DNA from: a virus
Lineage: Duplodnaviria > Heunggongvirae > Uroviricota > Caudoviricetes
DNA length: 64,000 bases
Virus record (IMG/VR): IMGVR_UViG_3300025162_000035
Reading direction: 5' to 3' (one strand)
Position numbers and translations under genes: made by a program. Positions 46,445 to 55,955 of this stretch are shown one piece after another (position 1 is the stretch's first letter; each line of letters begins with the position of its first letter). The notes beneath the pieces were generated by a model that was not told where the DNA came from, did no database searches, and saw nothing but the letters and a program-made list of their open reading frames with translations.

Positions 46445-47457
46445 ATTATTTTATTCTGAATATCATCCATCATAGACTCATAATACCAGCCGAGGAAGTC
46501 AGCTTTGATTTCTTCGGCTGTTTTTTCTTTTAAGAATATTTCCATCCGATCAGCACGATACCTCATCAAGCATGTACCAAGTTCTTTATCTTTTAATCCA
46601 GTCCATTCCATGACAAGTGAACCGTTGAACTTGGCAATGATCGTTTGATTATTTTTATCCTGTTCCTCAATCTCAGCGATTGTTGCTAATAATTTTGCCT
46701 CAGGAAAACTTTTATCGATAAATTCACGATAGATTTCTTTATTCTTTTCAAAGCTGTAGCCTTCACTTTCAAACTTAACGTCTTTGATGTATTCCAAAAA
46801 TTTATTGAATGTTGGACGTTTGCGATTACGCTTCCGATCTGTTTGATTTAAATTTTCAAATTGAAACAATTCAGGATTGAAATATTTAGATGAAATGATC
46901 CAATCGAAAATTTGCTCTAATGTATCAAACCCATTATATTTTTGCTCTGGGTCTAAACCCATAAAAGTCATCATTTTTCTGAAGTCCGTGGTGATCAAAA
47001 TATCTTTCATTGCACGACCACCTTCACTGCGGTACGGAAAATACAATCCTTCGGGCCGATATTTTAGCGCAAATTTGTGAAATAATTTACCAAGTAAATT
47101 GCTTGATGGATCATAGTCCATCCAGAACTTAGTGGACTCCCAATGTTTTTCTGGTACCAGCGTTAAGTCAATTTGAAATTCTGAGAAATCAAATGAATAT
47201 GTGCTATCATTGGAAGCAATTTCAATTGGGTCTAATGCATTAAGAGCCTCACGAACATTGATATTAAAGTTTTCCCTAACCATCATTAAAATATCCATAT
47301 CCCCATGATCAGGCTTTTTACTATAATACTTAAGAATATGAAAATCTGTGTTGAAAATTTCATTCAACTTTGGAATAATACTATCGGCAATTTCTAAAAA
47401 TTCCTTAGTAGTTTTTCTTTCTGTTATTGCTTTCTTTAGTGCATGTCCACCTAACAT
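46441..47457 (-). CDS. hypothetical protein (338 aa), possible Pol-beta-fold nucleotidyltransferase
   Basis: KKPDHGDMDILMMV resembles an NTase hG..DhDh motif; otherwise unrecognised. Confidence 0.3.
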   Translation of the reverse strand: MLGGHALKKAITERKTTKEFLEIADSIIPKLNEIFNTDFHILKYYSKKPDHGDMDILMMVRENFNINVREALNALDPIEIASNDSTYSFDFSEFQIDLTLVPEKHWESTKFWMDYDPSSNLLGKLFHKFALKYRPEGLYFPYRSEGGRAMKDILITTDFRKMMTFMGLDPEQKYNGFDTLEQIFDWIISSKYFNPELFQFENLNQTDRKRNRKRPTFNKFLEYIKDVKFESEGYSFEKNKEIYREFIDKSFPEAKLLATIAEIEEQDKNNQTIIAKFNGSLVMEWTGLKDKELGTCLMRYRADRMEIFLKEKTAEEIKADFLGWYYESMMDDIQNKII

Positions 47458-47474
47458 TTCAATTGTTTTAGTGA

Positions 47475-47657
47475 TTATTCAAAATATGTAATTACAATGT
47501 ATTTAACTCCGCCATGGTCGGCAGAAAATGAAATTACACTCTCAACATCAATGTGCTGATTATTTTTTATGAATTCTTCATAATCTGAAATAACATAACT
47601 TATGTTAGTCCCACCGATTTTTTCAACCTTTCTTTTTTTACCCTCTGGAGTTTGCAT
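47475..47657 (-). CDS. small hypothetical protein (60 aa)
   Basis: ORF track. Confidence 0.3.
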   Translation of the reverse strand: MQTPEGKKRKVEKIGGTNISYVISDYEEFIKNNQHIDVESVISFSADHGGVKYIVITYFE

Positions 47658-47661
47658 ATTA

Positions 47662-47886
47662 TTATTTCTTTTTAAAAAAACACATTTTCATGTTATTACC
47701 TTTGACCGATTTAAATCTGAATTCAATTTCTTCTTTATACTTGGCTTTATGCATTCGGCAAACTTTGAATAACCATTTTCTTGATTCCTTAGTTGCCGCA
47801 AATGGAAGTTCGATAGCTGGGTCTTTTTTGAATGCTGCGTTCAAACTATCAACGGTGAATTCTAAATAAAAATCATTTTTATCCAT
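47662..47886 (-). CDS. small basic protein (74 aa)
   Basis: Its ATG is embedded in the ...KNG* stop region of the upstream gene (AAAAATGGATAA). Confidence 0.4.
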   Translation of the reverse strand: MDKNDFYLEFTVDSLNAAFKKDPAIELPFAATKESRKWLFKVCRMHKAKYKEEIEFRFKSVKGNNMKMCFFKKK

Positions 47887-48160
47887 TTTTTATTTTTTGT
47901 AGTTTTTTCTTTCGTTGTATACAAACACATTCTTTTTTTATTAGTTCAACGCATTCGGTAGCAGTAGCTTCTTCTTCTTGCATTAAAGACGTGTTCCAAG
48001 TATTTTTACTATGTTTTTCTCTATAAGTACCAATAACATAAGTAAAATCACCCAACTTTCTTATATGATAATAATCCCCTAATGCATGATCAACATGAGT
48101 TCCATAAGGTTTCATATAAGCTATAAATTCTTTTTCTGTTGTAATTTCTTCCATTTTCAT
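47879..48160 (-). CDS. small protein of the Lys-rich-C-terminus family (...IQRKKKLQKIKNG*)
   Basis: C-terminal motif ending exactly in KNG with the overlapping ATG. Confidence 0.45.
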   Translation of the reverse strand: MKMEEITTEKEFIAYMKPYGTHVDHALGDYYHIRKLGDFTYVIGTYREKHSKNTWNTSLMQEEEATATECVELIKKECVCIQRKKKLQKIKNG

Positions 48161-48401
48161 AGTGCAAATATAGTGAACATTTTATTAATAAAAAAATCGC
48201 AAATATCTATCAACTTTATGTATATTTGCGATTATAAATAACCTATAAAAAAATAATAAAATAATTGAAGGCTAAATATAGTTTTATTCGTTGATTATCA
48301 GATTTTTAAATAATAAAATTGGCAAAAAACGAGTTTTATATTTACATATATACGTGCACATTCAAAAAATAAAAAAATAAGGAGGAAAAAATACCTAAGA
48401 A

Positions 48402-49448
48402 ATGAAAACAGATGAAGATAGCGAATGGCTCATTTCAGTTCGCAACTCGATAAAAACCCTTGAAGAGTTAGCGAGCCAATTAGACTTAACTGAAGAAGAA
48501 AAAATTGAAATAACAAAGAAGTTACCCTTAAGGATAACCCCATATTACCTTGAGTTAATTAAAACACACCCAGTTCTTAGAAGAACCGTGGTTCCAACAA
48601 TAAACGAATTCATTGTTTCAGATGATGAATCAAATGATCCATTGGATGAGGTTGGTCATAATCCAACGCCATGCATTGTGCATAAATACCCAGACAGGGC
48701 ATTATTTTTAGTTACAAATTTTTGTGCTGCTAACTGCCGATATTGCACACGGTCCCGTATTTTTGATGGTCAAAATCGCAATGCAAGCCGAGAGGATATT
48801 GAAGCAGCATTTCAATATTTGACCGAGCATACCGAAATCAGGGATGTTATTATTTCTGGTGGTGATCCATTAACCATGTCAGATGGTAATTTGGAGTATA
48901 TTTTACATAAGCTTCGTGCTATTAAGCACATTGAAATTATTCGTATTGGTACAAAGGTGCCAGTAGTTCTACCAGAACGTATTACTCATAAACTGGTTAA
49001 CATGCTTAAGAAGTACCATCCGCTGTATATAAGCATACATTTTATTCATCCCGATGAAATCACTAATGAATGTAAGAAAGCTTGTGAGCGATTAGCTAAT
49101 GCTGGAATCGTATTGAGAAGTCAAACGGTACTTTTAAAAGGTATCAATGATGACGTTGAAACGATGAAGACTTTGATGCATAAGCTTCTTACTATTCGTG
49201 TTAATCCATATTATATTTATTCAACAGATAAAATTTCTGGCTCAGCCCATTTTAGATGTACTCTTGATAAAGGATTAGAGATAATAAATGGTTTAAGAGG
49301 GTTTACATCAGGTTATGCGGTCCCGACATTCATTGTCGATACAAAGCATGGAAAGATTGCGTTGCATCCTGATAATGTATTATATCGTGATGAAAATGTA
49401 ATAAGATTGAAAAGCTATACAGGTGACGTTGTAGATTACCCATTATAA
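48402..49448 (+). CDS. radical-SAM lysine 2,3-aminomutase family protein (KamA/EpmB-like)
   Basis: CAANCRYCTRS (CxxxCxxC cluster) with KamA/EpmB-like flanks; 348 aa fits the EpmB (YjeK) size; SD AAGGAGG upstream. Confidence 0.8.
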   Translation: MKTDEDSEWLISVRNSIKTLEELASQLDLTEEEKIEITKKLPLRITPYYLELIKTHPVLRRTVVPTINEFIVSDDESNDPLDEVGHNPTPCIVHKYPDRALFLVTNFCAANCRYCTRSRIFDGQNRNASREDIEAAFQYLTEHTEIRDVIISGGDPLTMSDGNLEYILHKLRAIKHIEIIRIGTKVPVVLPERITHKLVNMLKKYHPLYISIHFIHPDEITNECKKACERLANAGIVLRSQTVLLKGINDDVETMKTLMHKLLTIRVNPYYIYSTDKISGSAHFRCTLDKGLEIINGLRGFTSGYAVPTFIVDTKHGKIALHPDNVLYRDENVIRLKSYTGDVVDYPL

Positions 49449-49572
49449 AATATATCAAAAAGTGACTATAAACCAATGAATTTCTTTCATAGCGTAAACA
49501 AGCCACACATAAAATTTTATGTACCATGGGGTTCGTTTACGTATTGCTTCTAATCTGGGGTTTTTTAACATA

Positions 49573-50277
49573 TTAATATGGTTGGTGGTTACTGAATCCT
49601 TCGCAATTATTGCAAATGAGCTGGGCTAAATCAACCCCATGATGCTCACACGTAGCGCAAGATACTTGGTCTTCCGTTGGTAGTGCAGAAAGCTTATGTG
49701 CCCTGATAAACACCAAAAGTGCTTTCTCCAAGTTATCTTTTGTGACTTTATCCATGTGCGGTCTTTCTTTGCAAAATTTCTGCATGGTGCTGAAAACCTT
49801 AAGAACAAAATGTGATGGTGGTTCTTTTGGACGGACCTGATTGATTGTTTTATTGTTTAGCAGCATTTTCATGAACCTTGACTGATCAATTGACGGCAAT
49901 ACGATCTTTGTCTTTTCGTCAATTTTTGTAATAAGCGCAAGTGTTTCTTCATTGCATTCCAGAAGTTCAAACTCGATCTTATTAGCATCACTCAGCTTAG
50001 CCCAAAAACGGCTACCAGCAAGCGGGTGTTTTTTATTCACATCCTTTGGGATAGTAAAAGTTACAGAACTGTAATTACTTACACCTTTTCTGATGTAGAT
50101 GCGATCAACCCCAAGGGTTGTACCTTCTGGAATGGTTACAACTTCATTGCATCTGTACGACATGGTTTTACCGAGTAGTTGAAAAAGTTTTGCATTTCTG
50201 CTTTCCCCACACAATACAAATGTCCAGTCTGCTGTGAGTTTAAGTTTGGTTCCGATTTCTGGAATAAATAGATTCAT
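49573..50277 (-). CDS. hypothetical protein (234 aa), GC-richer
   Basis: ORF track; C-terminal CxxC...CNNCEG. Confidence 0.45.
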   Translation of the reverse strand: MNLFIPEIGTKLKLTADWTFVLCGESRNAKLFQLLGKTMSYRCNEVVTIPEGTTLGVDRIYIRKGVSNYSSVTFTIPKDVNKKHPLAGSRFWAKLSDANKIEFELLECNEETLALITKIDEKTKIVLPSIDQSRFMKMLLNNKTINQVRPKEPPSHFVLKVFSTMQKFCKERPHMDKVTKDNLEKALLVFIRAHKLSALPTEDQVSCATCEHHGVDLAQLICNNCEGFSNHQPY

Positions 50278-50440
50278 AAATTTTCGTTTTGAATGTTAAT
50301 TGCGATTTGATGCAGAACGTTTGGTAATAAAACCTTTCCAACTGCACCATGCTTTAATCTTTCAGATGTTTTCTGAATGAAGATTTGTCCATTTTCTAAT
50401 AATTCGACTGAGTACCACATAGTTTTAAAAATTAAACAGA

Positions 50441-50460
50441 AAAACCCCACCGAAGTGGGG
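50441..50460 (-). terminator. intrinsic terminator for the minus-strand gene 50483..51115
   Basis: Minus-strand CCCCACTTCGGTGGGGTTTT; an A-run on the other side gives it bidirectional potential. Confidence 0.6.
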
Positions 50461-50482
50461 TTTGACTGGATTGGTTAATACT

Positions 50483-51115
50483 TTATTTTATTGCGATGGT
50501 CGGGTCGATTTCCCTGAGGAACTTTTCAACATCACCCTTGCCAGTTGTCATGGCTTCGTCAATGGCACCTTTCTTGATGCTGACTGTCGTGTTAGGTTTG
50601 ATGAGATTAACTTTTTCTTCAGGGGTCAAAAACTTTGCGCTCATGATAAGCTTTCCAAGTGCTTCAGCGTGATCTCCAAGGATTTTAGGATCGAATGAGA
50701 AAGTTGTTTCTTCCACAACAACATCCTCCCCATAGATTTCCTGAAGTTCCTGAGCCCTTTCAGGGGAAAGGATTTTGTAAGCATCCTTAGGCTGGATCAT
50801 GACAGCCAGTACATCATTCGGGTCTTTTGCTTCGGTGAGAAGGTCAAAACTGTCAGGGTTACGTTTGTTTTCGGCATACAGGCGGATGAATTCGGTTGTT
50901 CCCAAATCCTTGATGATTCCCTGAGCAGTTTCGAGGTCTGCCTTTGCGTTAGCAAGGTCAGTCTTGGCTTTCTTGAATTTCGCAACGGTGTCTGCGAATT
51001 CTGCGCCCTTGATCGTGACCTGAGGTCTTGACGATTTCTTGGCAGCGGTCTTTGTGTTCGGGGTTGCCTTCTGTGCGAAAGGATTAAAAGCTGGGGTTGA
51101 AGTTGATTTTGCCAT
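50483..51115 (-). CDS. hypothetical Ala/Lys-rich protein (210 aa), GC-richer, with its own promoter motif and terminator
   Basis: Stand-alone unit; composition differs from the flanks. Confidence 0.5.
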   Translation of the reverse strand: MAKSTSTPAFNPFAQKATPNTKTAAKKSSRPQVTIKGAEFADTVAKFKKAKTDLANAKADLETAQGIIKDLGTTEFIRLYAENKRNPDSFDLLTEAKDPNDVLAVMIQPKDAYKILSPERAQELQEIYGEDVVVEETTFSFDPKILGDHAEALGKLIMSAKFLTPEEKVNLIKPNTTVSIKKGAIDEAMTTGKGDVEKFLREIDPTIAIK

Positions 51116-51162
51116 AGTTTTAAGTTTTTGAGGTTAAAATTTTCTGTGAATTAATTACTCGA

Positions 51163-51197
51163 CAAATGTACGAACTATTTCTGAATAAAAAAAATTT
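51163..51197 (-). promoter_or_regulatory. promoter-like element (T-tract plus TCGTACATTTGTCG)
   Basis: 46 nt upstream of ATG 51115. Confidence 0.4.
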
Positions 51198-51218
51198 CAG
51201 AGAAAGTTTTTTGAAAAT

Positions 51219-51590
51219 TTATGTTAAATCTTCGATAAGTTTCTTTGTGGCAAGGTATTCGGGGTTTGTGATTGATGTAATATATTCTTGTACATTCAGA
51301 CAACATAATTGAATGACGGTGCCAATGCCTGACATAAATGCCACAATACCAAGAATAATACCCAATGTTTCTTCATTACTGTGACCATAAGAGTCATGCG
51401 GCAATGCCATAACTTTAAAGCAAAGAATGATAGTAATCGCACCAAGGAGCATGGCAAAGGCAAACTTCATCCAGAAATAGATTCCGATCAGCTTAACCTG
51501 TTTCAGATACTGTCCGTAGACTTTTTCGGCTGTGGTTCCCATTTTCTCAGCCAATTTTTCGATGAGGGGAAGAAAATCTTTTGTTTCCAT
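51219..51590 (-). CDS. membrane protein (123 aa, 3 TM)
   Basis: Hydrophobic segments. Confidence 0.45.
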   Translation of the reverse strand: METKDFLPLIEKLAEKMGTTAEKVYGQYLKQVKLIGIYFWMKFAFAMLLGAITIILCFKVMALPHDSYGHSNEETLGIILGIVAFMSGIGTVIQLCCLNVQEYITSITNPEYLATKKLIEDLT

Positions 51591-51628
51591 ATGTTATAAA
51601 TTTAAGTTAAACGACATTGTTTAACGAT

Positions 51629-51663
51629 GCAAATGTACAACCTTATTTCGAGAAAAAAAAATT
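51629..51663 (-). promoter_or_regulatory. promoter-like element (AAATTTTTTTTTCTCGAAATAAGGTTGTACATTTGC)
   Basis: 38 nt upstream of ATG 51590. Confidence 0.45.
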
Positions 51664-51674
51664 TAAACGAAAAT

Positions 51675-52370
51675 TTAATATCTCATGCCAGATTTTGATA
51701 CTCCGTTTTTTGCAATGTTATCTTGACCCTTTTGATAATTTCTTAAATAATTACTATGTTCAGCCTTTTCTCTTGATTCAACAAAATTTCTTTGGGTAGC
51801 TTCATATTCAGCTTCATCTTTACATCTTTGTTGTTCCCATTTTTGTTCCCATTCTGATGAATGTCTATGAGTTTCCTTTGGCTGGGCCAAATCGATCATA
51901 TATTGATGTTTTTCCTCAAATGAATATCCCCATAGTGCACTACGTGATGCTATAGCTGCCAAGTCTCTGATCAATGAGATTAATCTGACCCTTTTATCAT
52001 TTTGAAAAAGGTTTTCAAGAGCGTTAGACATGTCGGACAAAGTATATATTGTCCATGCAACAAGTGATACTGGCTTAATTTTATTATATGCGTTGATAGC
52101 ATAGAAATCTTTCAAATCCAGATTTTGATAATTCCAATATAATCGATGACTAAAATCTTCATGAGAGTATTCAGAACGATAGTTGTGATTTATTTTCCAC
52201 CATTCTAATGCCGATCCCTTTAGCATGTTTTTAATATGTGTAAAATGTGAATGGTCAGGAAAATGTTCATTTAAACATTGAAATACCAACCAAACATACA
52301 TATCTTCTAACTGAGAATTGGTTGGCTCTTTTGATAATAAAAATTCGAATTTTTCTAATGAGTTGTCCAT
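51675..52370 (-). CDS. hypothetical protein (231 aa)
   Basis: ORF track. Confidence 0.45.
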   Translation of the reverse strand: MDNSLEKFEFLLSKEPTNSQLEDMYVWLVFQCLNEHFPDHSHFTHIKNMLKGSALEWWKINHNYRSEYSHEDFSHRLYWNYQNLDLKDFYAINAYNKIKPVSLVAWTIYTLSDMSNALENLFQNDKRVRLISLIRDLAAIASRSALWGYSFEEKHQYMIDLAQPKETHRHSSEWEQKWEQQRCKDEAEYEATQRNFVESREKAEHSNYLRNYQKGQDNIAKNGVSKSGMRY

Positions 52371-52385
52371 TGGTTTAGTTTTGAG

Positions 52386-52420
52386 GCAAATCTACAACCT
52401 TTTTTCGAATAAAAAAAATT
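52386..52420 (-). promoter_or_regulatory. promoter-like element (T-tract plus TTGTAGATTTGCC)
   Basis: 15 nt upstream of ATG 52370. Confidence 0.45.
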
Positions 52421-52882
52421 TCACTTAATCTTTTTTTGTTTTGATCCCCAACTTCCACTTTTTACAACTACTTTTACTATTTGGGTAATAGGATCAGCGT
52501 TAGCTAACGATTCCAATTTCGACCGTCTCAATTCTTTCAAAGCACCTTTACCTTCAAGCCATGTAATATCTTTTGTAAGTCTTAGGCTTACAAATTTATC
52601 TTTGGCAAGAGATTCTGCTTGTGATCTATAGTTTGATAAATGATAATTAGCTTCACATCTAATAAGCTCTATTTTTGAATAACCAGTAGCATACTCATCG
52701 AGTTCTCTTACATGGACATAAACATCAATACTTGTACCCCACGCTGATGCATGCTGAGTATAAAATCCTATTCTTTTTGTAGATACCGATAAATAATCAT
52801 TTATCATTTTACGATATCTTAGATTAGAAACTCCAAGTACGATGGACGTTGCTAAAAATAATAATGTTGTAAGTAGTATCAT
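52421..52882 (-). CDS. N-terminally membrane-anchored protein (153 aa)
   Basis: TM helix MILLTTLLFLATSIVLGV. Confidence 0.45.
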   Translation of the reverse strand: MILLTTLLFLATSIVLGVSNLRYRKMINDYLSVSTKRIGFYTQHASAWGTSIDVYVHVRELDEYATGYSKIELIRCEANYHLSNYRSQAESLAKDKFVSLRLTKDITWLEGKGALKELRRSKLESLANADPITQIVKVVVKSGSWGSKQKKIK

Positions 52883-53202
52883 ATCAATAAAACGTTTGGT
52901 TGGTGATCGAATTCATATCTTTTATATGCGTATTCAAAATTTTCATAGTTGTACCACAATCTTCTTTTACCTTTAACATTTACGGTACCATTAAATAAAT
53001 ATTCCATATGGAAAGCAAGAACTGAGTCATCGGCAGCTAATTTAATAAGTTGTTCTTGTCGATATAAGGTAATTGTGAAACTGATATCTTCAGCGTTTGC
53101 CCCCGTAATTCTTCGTCCATCAGCCGCCATTGGCCCCGTTACCTTATCAAGATCGGTATAATTTACCAAAAACCAATCTTTAAATTCGTCAAACGTTTTC
53201 AT
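52879..53202 (-). CDS. hypothetical protein (107 aa)
   Basis: ORF track; 4-nt overlap. Confidence 0.4.
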   Translation of the reverse strand: MKTFDEFKDWFLVNYTDLDKVTGPMAADGRRITGANAEDISFTITLYRQEQLIKLAADDSVLAFHMEYLFNGTVNVKGKRRLWYNYENFEYAYKRYEFDHQPNVLLI

Positions 53203-53740
53203 GTATGCTTAGTAGTTTCCTTTTTCTTAATTCAGTAATTGTGGATTCTTGGTGATCTATTGGGTTTATTGCAACACCTGTACTTGTAGAAACATCACCA
53301 AAATCAACCGTTAATGAAATTGGAAGATTATTTTTTCTTTTTAATTTCACTTCAAACCCACCTGTACTCCAACCACCATCATTTATGGCAGCCCCATCAT
53401 CATTGATTGCATGAATTAAAAGATCAAGTATTGTTGATTGTATTTCTTTCACACCATCATTTTGCCAACCCCAGCTCCAACCACTATTTTTCATATGTGA
53501 TTGAATTTTACCGTAGTCCAATTTATTGAAGATGTCATTTATCAAATATACAAGAGTTTTATTCTTGTTGAATATTTTCCAATACTCAAGTTCATACAAT
53601 GGCTGATAGCATTCTTTCCAATATGGGGTCCAATCATTATTGCCAGTCCTCCGCTCATATTCATCGTGGCTCATTGTTGGATTGATATTGTCAAATCTTC
53701 TACTCATCATTGCCAGTTTTTGATGTATTTTAATCATCAT
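53189..53740 (-). CDS. hypothetical protein (183 aa) with C-terminus ...TELRKRKLLSIHENV*
   Basis: C-terminal ELRKRKL motif; 14-nt overlap with the downstream gene. Confidence 0.45.
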   Translation of the reverse strand: MMIKIHQKLAMMSRRFDNINPTMSHDEYERRTGNNDWTPYWKECYQPLYELEYWKIFNKNKTLVYLINDIFNKLDYGKIQSHMKNSGWSWGWQNDGVKEIQSTILDLLIHAINDDGAAINDGGWSTGGFEVKLKRKNNLPISLTVDFGDVSTSTGVAINPIDHQESTITELRKRKLLSIHENV

Positions 53741-54002
53741 TCAATTTTTGAATCTTGTACTTTCTCTTTGGTATTTCCAATAATTCTTTGAGAACTGGAT
53801 CGGTGGATTTTATGTGAGTATATAATTTACCGTCCCCAACCTCATCGAATTTACAAAATTCATAATCATGAAATATTTCAAGATGATTGTGAAGTGGATT
53901 CCATATTACTTTATTGAAAATGATTTCATGTTTTTTAGGATTGATATCATATATACGATAAAAATATCCACCCTTTCTTAAAATGTCACCAATTTCAAGC
54001 AT
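53730..54002 (-). CDS. hypothetical protein (90 aa)
   Basis: ORF track. Confidence 0.4.
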   Translation of the reverse strand: MLEIGDILRKGGYFYRIYDINPKKHEIIFNKVIWNPLHNHLEIFHDYEFCKFDEVGDGKLYTHIKSTDPVLKELLEIPKRKYKIQKLNDD

Positions 54003-54032
54003 AATACATATAGTATGTTTTTATGCTAAAGT

Positions 54033-54365
54033 TTAGCGAAGAATAGCTACAAGAATATTGCTGACGATTTTTACAATCCCCCAGAAACCAAAGGCGACAC
54101 CAAGCACAAATCCGAAATCATACATTCCAGCACCGCTTTTGTCATAAATGACAATGGTATTGGAAAACAATTCACCAATGGCACTGAAATAGAATGTCAT
54201 TCCATTCCACAATCCCCACCAAAATCCTGGTGTGGTAGCAACATCGGTGCATTTCTGAATGTCAACATGATGAGCGCATCCGCTGAAGACTAATACAATA
54301 GCCAACAAACTAATAACATAAGCATACTTTTTCATAGGTTTTGTTTTTAAAAGTTTAGGATACAA
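54033..54365 (-). CDS. putative lipoprotein / membrane protein (110 aa)
   Basis: Signal plus lipobox LVFSGC; C-terminal hydrophobic segment. Confidence 0.45.
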   Translation of the reverse strand: MYPKLLKTKPMKKYAYVISLLAIVLVFSGCAHHVDIQKCTDVATTPGFWWGLWNGMTFYFSAIGELFSNTIVIYDKSGAGMYDFGFVLGVAFGFWGIVKIVSNILVAILR

Positions 54366-54417
54366 AGATATAAATAATTTTAAAATAAAAAAATTATTTA
54401 ATTAGCTTTCATCTAAA

Positions 54418-54963
54418 ACACTAAAATCTCAATGGAACAATCCAGAATCAAGAAAGACATTATCTATAGCAAACAGTATAAAAAACAAAGGTCGAAAGCA
54501 TAGTGATGAGAGCAGAAAAAATATGAGCGAAGCACATAAAGGCTTTAAGCCGTCACAAGAATCTATAAATAAAAGACTTTTGAAAGTAACTGGTAGAAAG
54601 CAATCTCAGGAATGGATAAATAAAAGAGTTTTGAAAACAACTGGTCAGAAAAAGTCAGATGAAATGAAGCATAGATTATCAGAATCTGCAAAAAATAGAA
54701 AGATTTCTAAAGAAACTAAATTAGAAATGTCGAAAAAAATGTCTGAGTCAAAAAAGTTACCAAGAAAACAATATAAATTAATTTCACCAAATAATGTCGA
54801 ATACATATTCGATGGATTAAAGAAAGTATTCGAGTTTGCAAAAGAAAATAGTTTATCTAAAAATTTATTAAAAGATTTTTTCAACAAAGGAAAAGTAATT
54901 TCAAAATCAAAATACTCAAAAAATAGTGAAAATTGGGAATTTATCTTATTGAAAAAATTATAA
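54418..54963 (+). pseudogene. remnant of a homing endonuclease: NUMOD3-type DNA-binding repeats without a catalytic domain
   Basis: Three repeats G-(R/Q)-K-(H/Q/K)-S-x-E-x-(R/I/K)-K-(N/R)-(M/V)-S (GRKHSDESRKNMS, GRKQSQEWINKRV, GQKKSDEMKHRLS). The frame is open from 54418 but the first ATG is at 54523. Confidence 0.45.
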
Positions 54964-55467
54964 ATTATTGTGATAAGTTTCTATTTTTTTGAATGACCAC
55001 TTTGGGTCTGGCTTATATTTATTTTTTTTAAAATATTCATAAATTGGTTTCCAATCGGTTTCTGGATTAAATGACGCTTTATCATCGATTAAAACGTTGT
55101 AATATGGCTTCTTATCGTAACATCCAAAACTTCCGTTAGCGTCTGAAATTTCTGGATTTTCATTTATATATTTGAAATGGATACCATCTTTTTCTAATAT
55201 ATCCAAATATATTTTAATTTCATCAGGATATGAAGAAGTAAAAAGAATCATAATAATATCTGGTCTGTTCTTTGATATGAATTGCAAAGTTTCTTTACAA
55301 TATTTATAATAAACAATTTCTTTAACAGATTTACGATAATCTGGTATTGATATCACACCATGGAGATCCAGGAACCAGTATGTTTCAAACCAATGATGTT
55401 CTTTTGCATGTTTGAACATTTTTTTTATCCATTTTAATATTGACGGCTGATAAAAAGGATTTAGCAT
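54958..55467 (-). CDS. hypothetical protein (169 aa), possibly HAD-like
   Basis: FLDLHGVIS loosely resembles HAD motif I; weak. Confidence 0.3.
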   Translation of the reverse strand: MLNPFYQPSILKWIKKMFKHAKEHHWFETYWFLDLHGVISIPDYRKSVKEIVYYKYCKETLQFISKNRPDIIMILFTSSYPDEIKIYLDILEKDGIHFKYINENPEISDANGSFGCYDKKPYYNVLIDDKASFNPETDWKPIYEYFKKNKYKPDPKWSFKKIETYHNNL

Positions 55468-55628
55468 ATTTATGAGTATTTAAATGACATTGTTAATAAT
55501 AATAGCCACCAAGGTGAAAATGCTATTGCAAAGCAGACAACCAATGCAAGCAAGACAATTTCAATCTCATTAATTGAGCTCCTTTGTAATAATAAAAGGA
55601 ATAACCACCAAGGGGATACCAAAATTGA

Positions 55629-55955
55629 TCATGTGCTTAAATATTGAATGATATGCTGTTTGTATATTTGATAAAAAAGATCATTTGAAATTAATATTGG
55701 GTTATAATATTCATCTTTTTTTGATGTTTTCTCAAAGATACGACTAATTCCAGAATGGCGAAAAAAGATTCTGTTGGAAATTTTAAATTGTTTACCATTT
55801 TTTTTGAATATAACATTCTCAAGTTTCTTACTCCATAAAAGCTCACCATGGAACCCATACACGTTGGTTTCTTCCTGATCCAAACTAAAGGTGATCCCCA
55901 GAGCCAGCAATTCAGCAATTACGTTTTGAACAGATTTATCTTCGAGTGCTGTCAT
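55629..55955 (-). CDS. hypothetical protein (108 aa)
   Basis: ORF track. Confidence 0.35.
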   Translation of the reverse strand: MTALEDKSVQNVIAELLALGITFSLDQEETNVYGFHGELLWSKKLENVIFKKNGKQFKISNRIFFRHSGISRIFEKTSKKDEYYNPILISNDLFYQIYKQHIIQYLST

